Positions 54,001 to 62,638 of a stretch of 64,000 bases of DNA are shown here, piece by piece. Each line of letters starts with the position of its first letter. Position 1 is the stretch's first letter. This DNA comes from a virus, in the IMG/VR virus record IMGVR_UViG_3300046170_000173, one strand, 5' to 3'. The translations under genes and the position numbers were made by a program. A model generated the notes under the pieces. The model was not told where the DNA came from and searched no databases. It saw nothing but the letters and a program-made list of their open reading frames with translations.

Positions 54001-56511
54001 GATAAGGCACTTGTGCTGAAGACTACTTCACAGTCACTATCTGGAGCAATCAACGATCTATATGACGACATTTCAGCAGAAGGTACTTCTCTTGTTGGTC
54101 TAACCGATCGTGTTGAAGACCTAGAAGATCGCGCAGACGAAACTGACACCGAACAAGGTGTTCAGGACGCACGACTAGACTCTGCGGAAGGTCGACTAAC
54201 TGTAAACGAAGGTGATATCGATGGCCTAGAAACATTCATGGGCACAGGTTTACTTGATACATCAGCTCAGGCAGTACGTCCAGCAATCAACGAGTTACAC
54301 ACTCAGGTAGACAACAACACTTCACGCGTTGGTGTCGTAGAGACTCGTGCAAACGAAACTGATATTGAACAGACTGCACAGGATCTGCGTTTAGATTCGC
54401 TAGAATCAGATCGCGCATTCAACATTATCAAAGATACACAACAAGACACACGTCTTGATGGTCTTGAAAACCGTGTCGATATGGACACAGTCTTCCAGAC
54501 AAGTGCAAACAAAGTTGTTCCAGCAATCAACGAACTGAAAGGTCGTTTGGATGTTTCGGACCAGTTCGCACAAGCTGAGAAGGTACGTCAAGATCAAGAT
54601 TCTGATCGTCTAACGACAGAAATTTCTACTCGTGCGCAAGAAGATTCTGCATTAAATGCATCAATCAACGCGCGTATCGATTCGTCAGAAAACAGAATCG
54701 CTGGTGACATCGCAGTATCTCTTGCAGAAGCGAAGGCATACACTCGTGACTACGCGGACGATGCTGAATCAGATGCACGTGCATACGCACTTGCTCTAGT
54801 TTCGCAGGAGAACGAAGCACGTATTCTAAACCAGAACTCTCAGCGTCAGTTAATCGATGGTAATCACGATATTGGCACTCAGAGAGATAACGCACAAGAC
54901 CTACTAATCTCAGGTCTACAGACAGAACTTGACGCAACTCAAGTTGGTGCTGGTCTAGGTGCAGATGGCGAATACCTAACTCCAGACTCTGGTGCAACCA
55001 CATATCTTGGTGCAACTACTTCACTAATGCAAGCGATCGTTACTCTTGATACTAACCTATCAACAGTAGCTGGTGTAAACAACAACGGTCGTAACAGTCT
55101 GCAACAGCAGATCACTAACGAAATCGCTGCTCGTGAGAACGGTGACTCAGATCTACTAGCACGACTAATTGCTGAAGAAGATTACACTAAGGCACAAGAC
55201 TCTGCTATCAACGGTCGTATCGATAACACTAACTCTGCTCTAGCGCAAGAAGTTATTGATCGTGTCGCAGGCGATTCTGCCCTACAAGCACAAATTGACT
55301 TTATCGTTTCTAACACAGACTCTGCTGCATTCGATTCTCTAACAGAGATCGTTGCTGAGTTCCAACGTGTAGACGGTGGTCTAACTGATCTAATCTCAGA
55401 CAACGCTTCTGAGATCGTTCGTGTAGAAGCTGAATCTAAGTCACGCGATTCTGACGAAGAAGCTGCTCGCATCGGCGGTGACGCGAATCTACAAACTCAA
55501 GTAGATGGACGTGTCGAGAAGGCAGGTGATACAATGTCTGGTGATCTAGACATGACAGGTAACATTGTTACAGGTCTTGCTCTACCAGTCGCACCGTCAG
55601 ACGCAACAAGCAAAGCATACACAGACGCACGTCTACTTGAACAGCACATTTCGCAGTTCACAACAGACAGTCTAACTGAAGGTACACGTCTATACTTCAC
55701 AGAGGCACGTGCTCGCGCGGCAGTCTCAGTGTTTGATGTAGATGGTGAAGGCGATGTTTCTTACGACGCTAACACTGGTGTAATTTCAATCGCAACAGGT
55801 AAATCATTCCTAGAACTAGAAGATGTTGTAGAAACATCATTCTCTGGACATGAAGGATTTGTCTCACGCGTTAAGACTGACGGCACAGGTATCGAATTTG
55901 TTCCGCCAACACAATTAGCATTCAACGACGCTAAGCGACAGACAATCAACGGTGATGGAATGGCGAGTACTTACTCTCTAGATTTCTACACTGCACAGAT
56001 TAACGCGCTAGTATTTGTCGGTGGTGTTATTCAGGATCCAGGCGTTCACTACACAATCAACTCAGGAACGCAAGAAATTACGTTCACGTCTGCGGTACCA
56101 CTAGGTACACAGGCAGTAGTAATCGCACAGTCAACTAACTCAGTTGGTGTCCTAGATCCTAAGTCTGTTGGTATTGAAACTCTTGCAGATAACCTAAAAG
56201 CATTCGAACATGGTTTAGACGTAGTTGCTGGTTCTTCACCAACAGTCGTCTCATCATTTGATCCAACAGTATACCGTTCTGCGAAGTACGTAGTTACTGT
56301 AGAGCAAGATGGTGAGTTTGAAACCCGAGAGTGTATGGTTGTCCATGATGGAACAAGTGCTTACATTACCGAGTACGGTATTGTTTACACAGGTTCGTCT
56401 CTACTAGGTGACACAGATATACGCTTCATCAACAGCAATGTTGAATTGATGTATACTGCTGAGTCTGGTAACGCAGTTGTTTCAGTTGCGGTAACTTACG
56501 TTAACGTATAA
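51001..56511 (+). CDS. 1836-aa coiled-coil fibre with recurring Asp-Ser motifs
   Basis: E..R...DS.L...I repeats, LDSL.EI knots, TD.L.EG.NLY.T..RA motifs, C-terminal YRSAKY...E..VVHDG..AYI.EYG domain. Confidence 0.8.
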   Translation: MAFRQIKSPALADKAVIDTKLDESAVQGQSTLTGMTDPSTCFTLLYDVGSDSLKKIGADAFFASFSTDDLTEGSNLYYTSARANADVAQQIDDDVLVEKNRAIGEEGRIESESKTRDNKLEGQDSALSNRITNEVTRAGNEETRIEDESKQRDSALGIRIDNVLNNTDEVALNSLAEIVTAFQNADSALSGSIIQNAADIVTERGRAVARENQIETEYRLADSALSDRIIERKSATDSDFIHFTLADAGLQGQISTNDTDIATLFAQDSAETQRAGDEESRIEDKIDVEVARSTAVDSAHSAQITAANLARVTDDNVVRSEFAAADQVIKGQVEARDDALIGDLTVDGTSGNTVTDRIATAKQEAINASNDVVAFENDARIAADSDLQEQITAEVTRATATEDALSDRIDSDYTANWADHAAIRSEFAAGDSHLQDQINFITSNTDSAALDSLTEIVAEVARVDGTVNALIQTNVGDIVAERDARIAADSALGIRIDIETSTRRAGDSAANKRIDDAILDYVARDSDVLSSAKAYTDQEADTHQAASEEYTRQYVTPRIGDATVDGTAGNSITNRITTAKSEAITFALGLDSDERARATTAEGLLSGRVGHVEGLLDSETFVTVAQTVVPAINELHGDAVSYDLQSKDRDSALGSRIDLLENGTSIDVDALNTRIGIEEGVRDRADSDLLARLVVEENRSKLEDQQHDSDISALGLTTSGIRGDLTIETTNRINEDTTLRNRIAADSDRLTLLDSEAHVRMDVIFDTSESKDSDLLARLIVEEDRSKAKDSSHDSDISVLYSQVGTDVQDLQDQIDVEEAARIAGDSALQAQITSNDGDITALQVKDSDLQAQISSNDADIFNLQAKDSNQHATAMQAIADEETRATGIENGLRSDVDSAHARIDHILDGSSTDLDQMLEIVEAFRDADSDLDGVITNNTGRITTLEDRADETDSEQGVQDGRLTSLETRMTANEAVDSGQSVTIGDHESRITANETRIGDKALVLKTTSQSLSGAINDLYDDISAEGTSLVGLTDRVEDLEDRADETDTEQGVQDARLDSAEGRLTVNEGDIDGLETFMGTGLLDTSAQAVRPAINELHTQVDNNTSRVGVVETRANETDIEQTAQDLRLDSLESDRAFNIIKDTQQDTRLDGLENRVDMDTVFQTSANKVVPAINELKGRLDVSDQFAQAEKVRQDQDSDRLTTEISTRAQEDSALNASINARIDSSENRIAGDIAVSLAEAKAYTRDYADDAESDARAYALALVSQENEARILNQNSQRQLIDGNHDIGTQRDNAQDLLISGLQTELDATQVGAGLGADGEYLTPDSGATTYLGATTSLMQAIVTLDTNLSTVAGVNNNGRNSLQQQITNEIAARENGDSDLLARLIAEEDYTKAQDSAINGRIDNTNSALAQEVIDRVAGDSALQAQIDFIVSNTDSAAFDSLTEIVAEFQRVDGGLTDLISDNASEIVRVEAESKSRDSDEEAARIGGDANLQTQVDGRVEKAGDTMSGDLDMTGNIVTGLALPVAPSDATSKAYTDARLLEQHISQFTTDSLTEGTRLYFTEARARAAVSVFDVDGEGDVSYDANTGVISIATGKSFLELEDVVETSFSGHEGFVSRVKTDGTGIEFVPPTQLAFNDAKRQTINGDGMASTYSLDFYTAQINALVFVGGVIQDPGVHYTINSGTQEITFTSAVPLGTQAVVIAQSTNSVGVLDPKSVGIETLADNLKAFEHGLDVVAGSSPTVVSSFDPTVYRSAKYVVTVEQDGEFETRECMVVHDGTSAYITEYGIVYTGSSLLGDTDIRFINSNVELMYTAESGNAVVSVAVTYVNV

Positions 56512-56531
56512 TCGAGACTTACATAATAGTC

Positions 56532-56554
56532 GGGGGGAGAATCAGTCTCCCCCC
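56532..56554 (+). other. GC-rich intergenic hairpin without U-tract
   Basis: GGGGGGAGA-atcag-TCTCCCCCC. Confidence 0.6.
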
Positions 56555-56587
56555 TAATCAACCAAAATTCTAAAAGGTAAACAAAAA

Positions 56588-59500
56588 ATGTCTACAAATA
56601 AAAAATTTAGAATACAGAACGGCGTTGACGTAGCAGATGGTGGAATTTCGATCAACGACGTAACTGTAATCGGTGCGGACGGTAAGGTTGTTCCTGCCGC
56701 GATCGCCGATGCTGTTGCAGGTCTGACTTCTTCTGACATCGCAGATCTACAGGCGCAGGTAAGTGCTATTCTGGGAACTTCTCCAGAAACACTTGACACG
56801 CTACAAGAAATCGTTGCTGCATTCGAAGGTGCGGATAGCACTCTAACAGGTTCTGTTGCTCAGAACGCATCTGACATCGTAACAATCAACAATACTTTAA
56901 CAAACGGTGTTGCGACACCAGCTGACATTGCTACATTAACTGCGTCAGTTACCGCTGAAGAAACTCGTGCAACTGCGGCTGAATCCGCAAACGCTGCGGC
57001 AATTGCTGCTGCAAACGCACGTACATCTGGTATCAGCACTTCTTCAGGTTCAACTGATATTCAGATGACTGCTGAAGTTGACATGGATAGTAACAAAGTT
57101 ACTAACATGGCAGATCCAACTGCGGCACAAGATGCGGCAACTATGGCATATGTTGACGCTGGCGATTCTGCTTCAGTATCAACCGCAGCTGCTGACGCAA
57201 CTTCTAAAGCAGATGCGGCAGAAGCAAGTGCTAAAGCATATGCTGATCAAGTCGTTGCGGCGACTGTAGATGCTGCACCAGCGGCATTGGATACTCTTAA
57301 CGAGTTGGCAGCTGCACTTGGTGACGACGCAAACTTTGCATCAACTGTTACTGCTTCAATTGCTACAAAGGCAGACGATGCCGCAACTACTGCTGCTCTT
57401 GATCTGAAAGAAGACAAGACTGTTGTTGCTGATCTAGGAACTTTTATTAAAGGCGGTGATGAGGGTTTTGCTGAGATCCTTAACACGGGACTAACTGTCA
57501 CTTCATCTGGCAGCGGGTTCAACTACTTCCCAGATCATACAGGTTTGGAAACTGGTGTTCAGTATCGTTTAGCTGCAGATATAGTTCCAGAGAGTGGTCA
57601 CACCAATACAGGAAATGCCAATTTGACCATAAAGGTCAATGGATCAACAGTGGCCACTGTATCGGAAGGACCAGATGGTGGTTCAGGATGGGATCTTTTC
57701 ACACTATCATCTCCTGCAACTTCTATGGAACTAATTTTCCACAAGTCGAACGCCGATAAGTGGAGAGCGCCATCCATCACAATCGTAACTGAAGGTCTTT
57801 CAGGTGAAGAAACTTTAGACACAACTGCAACTCAGGTTGTTCCAGCGATCAACGAAGTACACTCAGAACTAGACGCATTGGCTGCAACTCAGTCTGGAGA
57901 TACTTCATCTCTAACTACTGCAATCGCTACTGCTAAGTCAGAAGCAATCTCAACTGCTGCTACAGATGCAACTACTAAGGCAGATGCGGCAGAAGCAAGT
58001 GCTAAGGCACACGCTGATGCGGGTGACGCAAGTCTACAGGGTCAGATTGACATCATCGTAGGTTCTTCTCCAGCATCACTAGACACCCTACAAGAGATCG
58101 TCTCTGCATTTGAAAATGCGGATAGCACTCTAACTGGGGCAGTTGCTCAGAACTCTACTGACATCGTTGCTGAAGCTTCTCGTGCAACTACTGCGGAATC
58201 TGGTCTACAGGCACAGATTACTTCTAATGACGTTGACATCGCTTCTCTACAGTCTCTTGTTGCTGATCTAGATAGTGATAAGACTTCTGACATGACAGCA
58301 GAAACTGCGGCACGTATCGCAGGTGACGTTGCTAACTCAGCAGAAGTTGCGACTGAGAAGTCACGTGCGGAAGGTGCTGAGGCAAGTCTTGCTAACGACA
58401 TCAACGTCGAGACTGCACGTGCGGTTGCGGTAGAAGGTTCTCTACAGTCACAGATCGACGCAGAGCAGTCTTCTCGTATCGGTGGTGATCAGTTACTACA
58501 GAACGCAATCGACGCAGAAGAAGTTGCACGTATCGCTGCTGACGCGGTTCTACAGGCAAACATCGATGCAGAAGCAAGTGCTCGTGCTGGTGCAGACAAC
58601 ACTCTACAGTCTAACATCGACACAGTATCTTCGGCAGTATCTGCAATCACCAACGGTTCACCAGAAACACTGAACCAGTTGACAGAACTAGTTGCTGCAT
58701 ACGAAGGTGCTGATGCAAGTCTACAAACTCTGATCGATAACCTAGGTGGTGACGCATCTGCCCTAACAGGTCGTGTATCAACCCTAGAATCAGAGATGGA
58801 TGCGACTGAAACTGCGACTTCATCTAACGCATCTGCGATCACTGCGGAACAGGTTGCTCGTTCAGCTGCAGACGATGATCTACAAGACGCAATAGATGCA
58901 GAGGCAAGTGCTCGTGCAGCTGCGGTAAGTGCTGAAACAACTGCTCGTCAGAACGCGATCACTGCTGAGGCTAACGCTCGCATCCTTGCGGACAACGGTT
59001 TACAGTCACAGATCGATGCACTAGACAACTCAACAACTGGTGACAAGTCTGACCTACAAGCACAGATCACGTCTAACGACAACGACATCGCTGCTCTACA
59101 GAGTCGTGCTGGAACGATCGAAGCTGATTACGCAACACAGGCTTCACTGAACACAGAGATCTCTCGTGCAAGTTCAGCAGAGGCAGTTAACGCTGCGGCA
59201 ATCTCCGACGAACAGACTCGTGCGACTGCGGCAGAGCAATCAAACGCTGCTGCGATCACACAAGAAATTCTTGATCGTCAGTCTGCCGATGCGGTGCTAC
59301 AAAGTCAGATCGACTTCATTGAAGAGAACACTGACCCAGCAGCACTAGACTCTCTAACAGAGATAGTTTCTGCATTCCAATCAGCGGATAGTTCTACATT
59401 AGGTGTTGTCAACTCTAACACTGGTCGCATCTCTGCACTAGAATCTGGTGTAGTTGCAATCGAAGCATGGGACACTGATAACGTATCAGAAGGTTCAGTC

Positions 59501-59722
59501 AACCTATACTTCACCGAATCACGTGCGAAGGCATGTGTCGGTGCGGACAACGGTTCATGCATAGATTACAATGAGACTTCTGGTAAGTTCTCACTAGATC
59601 TATCAGAAACTGCCGGTGCTCTAGTACCAGACAACTCAACTAACTCGGACAAACTAGACGGACAACACGGTTCACACTACCGTATCGATGTCTACGATGT
59701 CAACGGTACTGTTGTCAACTAA
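56588..59722 (+). CDS. 1044-aa coiled-coil fibre (fibritin/whisker-like position before gp13)
   Basis: SP..LDTL.EI..A knots, E..AR..AD..LQ..ID repeats, inserted beta-domain, KLDGQHGS.Y C-terminus. Confidence 0.75.
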   Translation: MSTNKKFRIQNGVDVADGGISINDVTVIGADGKVVPAAIADAVAGLTSSDIADLQAQVSAILGTSPETLDTLQEIVAAFEGADSTLTGSVAQNASDIVTINNTLTNGVATPADIATLTASVTAEETRATAAESANAAAIAAANARTSGISTSSGSTDIQMTAEVDMDSNKVTNMADPTAAQDAATMAYVDAGDSASVSTAAADATSKADAAEASAKAYADQVVAATVDAAPAALDTLNELAAALGDDANFASTVTASIATKADDAATTAALDLKEDKTVVADLGTFIKGGDEGFAEILNTGLTVTSSGSGFNYFPDHTGLETGVQYRLAADIVPESGHTNTGNANLTIKVNGSTVATVSEGPDGGSGWDLFTLSSPATSMELIFHKSNADKWRAPSITIVTEGLSGEETLDTTATQVVPAINEVHSELDALAATQSGDTSSLTTAIATAKSEAISTAATDATTKADAAEASAKAHADAGDASLQGQIDIIVGSSPASLDTLQEIVSAFENADSTLTGAVAQNSTDIVAEASRATTAESGLQAQITSNDVDIASLQSLVADLDSDKTSDMTAETAARIAGDVANSAEVATEKSRAEGAEASLANDINVETARAVAVEGSLQSQIDAEQSSRIGGDQLLQNAIDAEEVARIAADAVLQANIDAEASARAGADNTLQSNIDTVSSAVSAITNGSPETLNQLTELVAAYEGADASLQTLIDNLGGDASALTGRVSTLESEMDATETATSSNASAITAEQVARSAADDDLQDAIDAEASARAAAVSAETTARQNAITAEANARILADNGLQSQIDALDNSTTGDKSDLQAQITSNDNDIAALQSRAGTIEADYATQASLNTEISRASSAEAVNAAAISDEQTRATAAEQSNAAAITQEILDRQSADAVLQSQIDFIEENTDPAALDSLTEIVSAFQSADSSTLGVVNSNTGRISALESGVVAIEAWDTDNVSEGSVNLYFTESRAKACVGADNGSCIDYNETSGKFSLDLSETAGALVPDNSTNSDKLDGQHGSHYRIDVYDVNGTVVN

Positions 59723-59749
59723 TCCAAGTTCTTAGAACTTCGATGAAAG

Positions 59750-59775
59750 AGGGAGTCTTCGGACTCCCTTTTTTT
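59750..59775 (+). terminator. Intrinsic terminator with cUUCGg loop
   Basis: AGGGAGTC-TTCG-GACTCCCT-T6. Confidence 0.9.
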
Positions 59776-59780
59776 ATGTC

Positions 59781-59802
59781 TATAAATAAAATCGTATAAA
59801 TA
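59781..59802 (+). promoter_or_regulatory. Tandem T4-type late promoters
   Basis: TATAAATA at 59781 and 59795. Confidence 0.85.
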
Positions 59803-59833
59803 GAGAGACACACGTAACTTCGAGACACATTAG

Positions 59834-60601
59834 ATGTACGCTACTGACAGAGAAGAACTAATCGAGTATTGCCTACGTGCACTGGGACATCCAGTTGTTG
59901 AGATCAATATCGATGACGAACAATTAGATGATCGTGTTGATGAGGCACTTCAATGGTTCCGTGAGAACCACCCAGACGGGTCGAAGAGATATTATCTCAA
60001 ACACCAACTAACACAACAGGATGTCGACACACAGACCGTAGATCTACCGGACGACCTTGATTTGACTGCGGTGGTACGTATGTTACCAGTCTCCCTGTCG
60101 AACTCTCAGGGGTGGTTTAGTGACGCTTGGCAGTATCTACAGTATACCATATCAGACTTCACTCGTGCAAACGGTGTGTTGGGTGATCTGGCGTATTATG
60201 AAGGTATGCAACAACAGTTATCGCTACTCGACATGAAGTTGATGGGTCAACCACAGATGACCTTTGATCGACAGTACAATCGTGTGAACCTACTTGTTTC
60301 TAAAACGAAACTAACAGCGGGAGACTTCGTCGTGTTTGAAGTCTATGGTATTCGCAGTCCGGACGATACGATATCCGAATACAACAATCTATGGAACCAC
60401 CGCTTCCTGAAAGAATACACAACCGCATTGATTAAACGTCAATGGGGTATCAACCTAATCAAGTTTGACGGTATGTCATTACCTGGCGGGGTTACTATCA
60501 ATGGTCGTCAAATCTATGATGACGCAATCGCAGACATCGACAAGATCATGGAGAAGTTCCGATTGGAAGAGGACGAAGGTCCAATGTTCTTTATGGGGTA
60601 A
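59834..60601 (+). CDS. 13: Neck protein gp13
   Basis: R.EL..YCLR.LG.PV.EIN.D..Q..D..DEAL; LK.Y..ALIK.QWG.NL.KF.G..LPGGVT.NG. Confidence 0.95.
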   Translation: MYATDREELIEYCLRALGHPVVEINIDDEQLDDRVDEALQWFRENHPDGSKRYYLKHQLTQQDVDTQTVDLPDDLDLTAVVRMLPVSLSNSQGWFSDAWQYLQYTISDFTRANGVLGDLAYYEGMQQQLSLLDMKLMGQPQMTFDRQYNRVNLLVSKTKLTAGDFVVFEVYGIRSPDDTISEYNNLWNHRFLKEYTTALIKRQWGINLIKFDGMSLPGGVTINGRQIYDDAIADIDKIMEKFRLEEDEGPMFFMG

Positions 60602-60604
60602 ACC

Positions 60605-61486
60605 ATGGCGACTAATCCATACATAAGTCAAAAAAACCGATCCGAACAGGGTTTGTATGAGGACTTGATCATCGAGTCTATCAAATTCTATGGACAGGAT
60701 ATTTATTACCTACCACGAGAGATCGTAGAGAAGGAAGACATCTTCCTAGACAGCATTCAGTCTCAGTTCGGTGACGCATACAAGGTCGAGGTCTACATCG
60801 AGAACGCAGAAGGGTTCGATGGAGAGGGAGACATCTTTACCAAGTTCGGTATTGAGATTCGTGACCAAGCCACCTTCGTCATCGCGCGTCGTCGATGGAG
60901 AGAACTGGTCGGTGACCGTCTTGCGGATGCGCAGTTCCGACCACGCGAAGGTGATGTGATCTACTTGCCTATGTCCGAGTCACTGTTCCAAGTGATGAAG
61001 GTGGAGACAGAAACTCCGTTCTACCAGTTGTCGCAACTACCTACGTTCCGTATGCAGTGCGAGTTATTCGAGTTCTCAGACGAAGACTTTGACACTGGTA
61101 TCTCAGACATTGATAATGTAGAGGTCGAGGGTGCATTCCAGTACGAACTACAGATGCCACCTTTTGTTGATGGTGATGAAACTTATTATCTTGTAGGAGA
61201 GGATGTACAACAGTTATTCGACGACTACATACTGAATGGTGAAGTCACTTCTTGGAACCCCGACACTCGTATGTTAAAGATAGCACACACAGGCGCAACC
61301 GATGGTATGTATCACGAGTGGGCGACAGATCGTCCAGTCGTTGGACCGAATGCGTCTATGACTCCAGTCTCACAAGACGAAGGTGTCAATGAGATACAGG
61401 TCGATGCGCAGAATAAAGTATTCAATGATTGGGAAGAAGATTTCCTTGACTTCAGTGAGTCGAATCCGTTTGGAGATATAATCTAA
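60605..61486 (+). CDS. 14: Neck protein gp14
   Basis: EQ.L.EDL..ESI...G.D.YYLPR, KFG.EIRD, RP.EGD.IY.P, LDFSESNPFG. Confidence 0.95.
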   Translation: MATNPYISQKNRSEQGLYEDLIIESIKFYGQDIYYLPREIVEKEDIFLDSIQSQFGDAYKVEVYIENAEGFDGEGDIFTKFGIEIRDQATFVIARRRWRELVGDRLADAQFRPREGDVIYLPMSESLFQVMKVETETPFYQLSQLPTFRMQCELFEFSDEDFDTGISDIDNVEVEGAFQYELQMPPFVDGDETYYLVGEDVQQLFDDYILNGEVTSWNPDTRMLKIAHTGATDGMYHEWATDRPVVGPNASMTPVSQDEGVNEIQVDAQNKVFNDWEEDFLDFSESNPFGDII

Positions 61487-62268
61487 TGATGGGCGGACAC
61501 TTCTATCACAAACGTGTGCGCACATGTGTTGCGTTATTCGGATCTATGTTCGATGATATGCATATACTGCGAACCGCGGCGGACGGTAAGGTATTGTCTC
61601 AGGTCAAACTGCCTCTGACGTATGCACCTCGCAGGAACTTCATCTCGCGACTAGAGGAGATGGGTAGAGGGGAACAGTCCGAACGCAAGGTCGCACTGAA
61701 GTTGCCGCGCATGTCTTTTGAAATCGTGTCGATTGCATATGACGCACCAAGACAGTTACCAAAAATCAATCAGGTAAGTGTGGCCTCAAGTCAAAGTGAC
61801 GGAACTCGCAAGGATATATTTTGCGGTGTCCCATATAAGATTGGTTTTGAACTGAACGTCTACGCGAAGTCTCAGGACGACGCACTTCAAGTGGTCGAAC
61901 AGATATTACCATACTTTGCCCCTCAGTATTCTCTATCAGTCAAACCGTTTTCCGATTATCCAGAAATCAAAGAAGACATCCCGATCACTCTGACGGGGGT
62001 CAACTTTTCTGACGACTTCGAAGGACCGATCGAGCAGAGACGAACTATCATATACACTCTATCCTTTGATATGAATGCGAACTTCTATGGTCCTGTGAAG
62101 ACAGGCGTAGAGATCCGTGAAGTAAATACAGAACTTAATGCCATCGTTTCAGATGCGGGAGATACAGATTTCCTAAGTAATGTACGTGTGACACCAGATC
62201 CGATTGACGTAAATTCAAGCGGAGACTTTGGTTTTAATATAGAGATAACCGATGACAGACAGTCATAA
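61486..62268 (+). CDS. 15: Tail sheath stabiliser / terminator gp15
   Basis: FYH...R..V..FG..F, LPRMSFEI, QDDALQ.VEQILPYF.P, RR.IIYTL.F. Confidence 0.95.
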   Translation: MMGGHFYHKRVRTCVALFGSMFDDMHILRTAADGKVLSQVKLPLTYAPRRNFISRLEEMGRGEQSERKVALKLPRMSFEIVSIAYDAPRQLPKINQVSVASSQSDGTRKDIFCGVPYKIGFELNVYAKSQDDALQVVEQILPYFAPQYSLSVKPFSDYPEIKEDIPITLTGVNFSDDFEGPIEQRRTIIYTLSFDMNANFYGPVKTGVEIREVNTELNAIVSDAGDTDFLSNVRVTPDPIDVNSSGDFGFNIEITDDRQS

Positions 62269-62638
62269 CCCCCCAACAATTATCACGGGCGATCAAAAGA
62301 AAAACTTTGTCCACGAACAGGACTATGAGTACTCCCGTGATACCTACTATGATCTAATCGAGAAAGGTCGAGAATCGCTTGACCTAATGATTCAGGTCGC
62401 GCGTGAATCAGAACATCCCCGAGCATTCGAGGTGTTGTCTAATATGATCAAGGACATCGCTAACGTCAATGACAAGCTGATGGAACTTAACAAGAAACAA
62501 AAAGATTTGTTGCAAGACGACAAACCTAAAGAGACAACCACCACAAACAATAATCTATTTGTCGGGTCGACCACTGAACTCCAGCGTTTCCTATTGGGGG
62601 ACAAGGATGAGAAGGTCATAGACCAAGACGATGAGTAG
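62252..62638 (+). CDS. 16: Terminase small subunit gp16
   Basis: DYEYSR..YY.LIEKG, A.ESEHPRA.EV, NNLFVGST.ELQ. Confidence 0.93.
   Translation: MTDSHNPPTIITGDQKKNFVHEQDYEYSRDTYYDLIEKGRESLDLMIQVARESEHPRAFEVLSNMIKDIANVNDKLMELNKKQKDLLQDDKPKETTTTNNNLFVGSTTELQRFLLGDKDEKVIDQDDE

Noticed and set aside
51001-56511. Bacteroidota host inferred from D-S sequons
   Set aside because: Early promoters are TTGACA/TATAAT type and genes use Shine-Dalgarno sites, which is unlike Bacteroidota.
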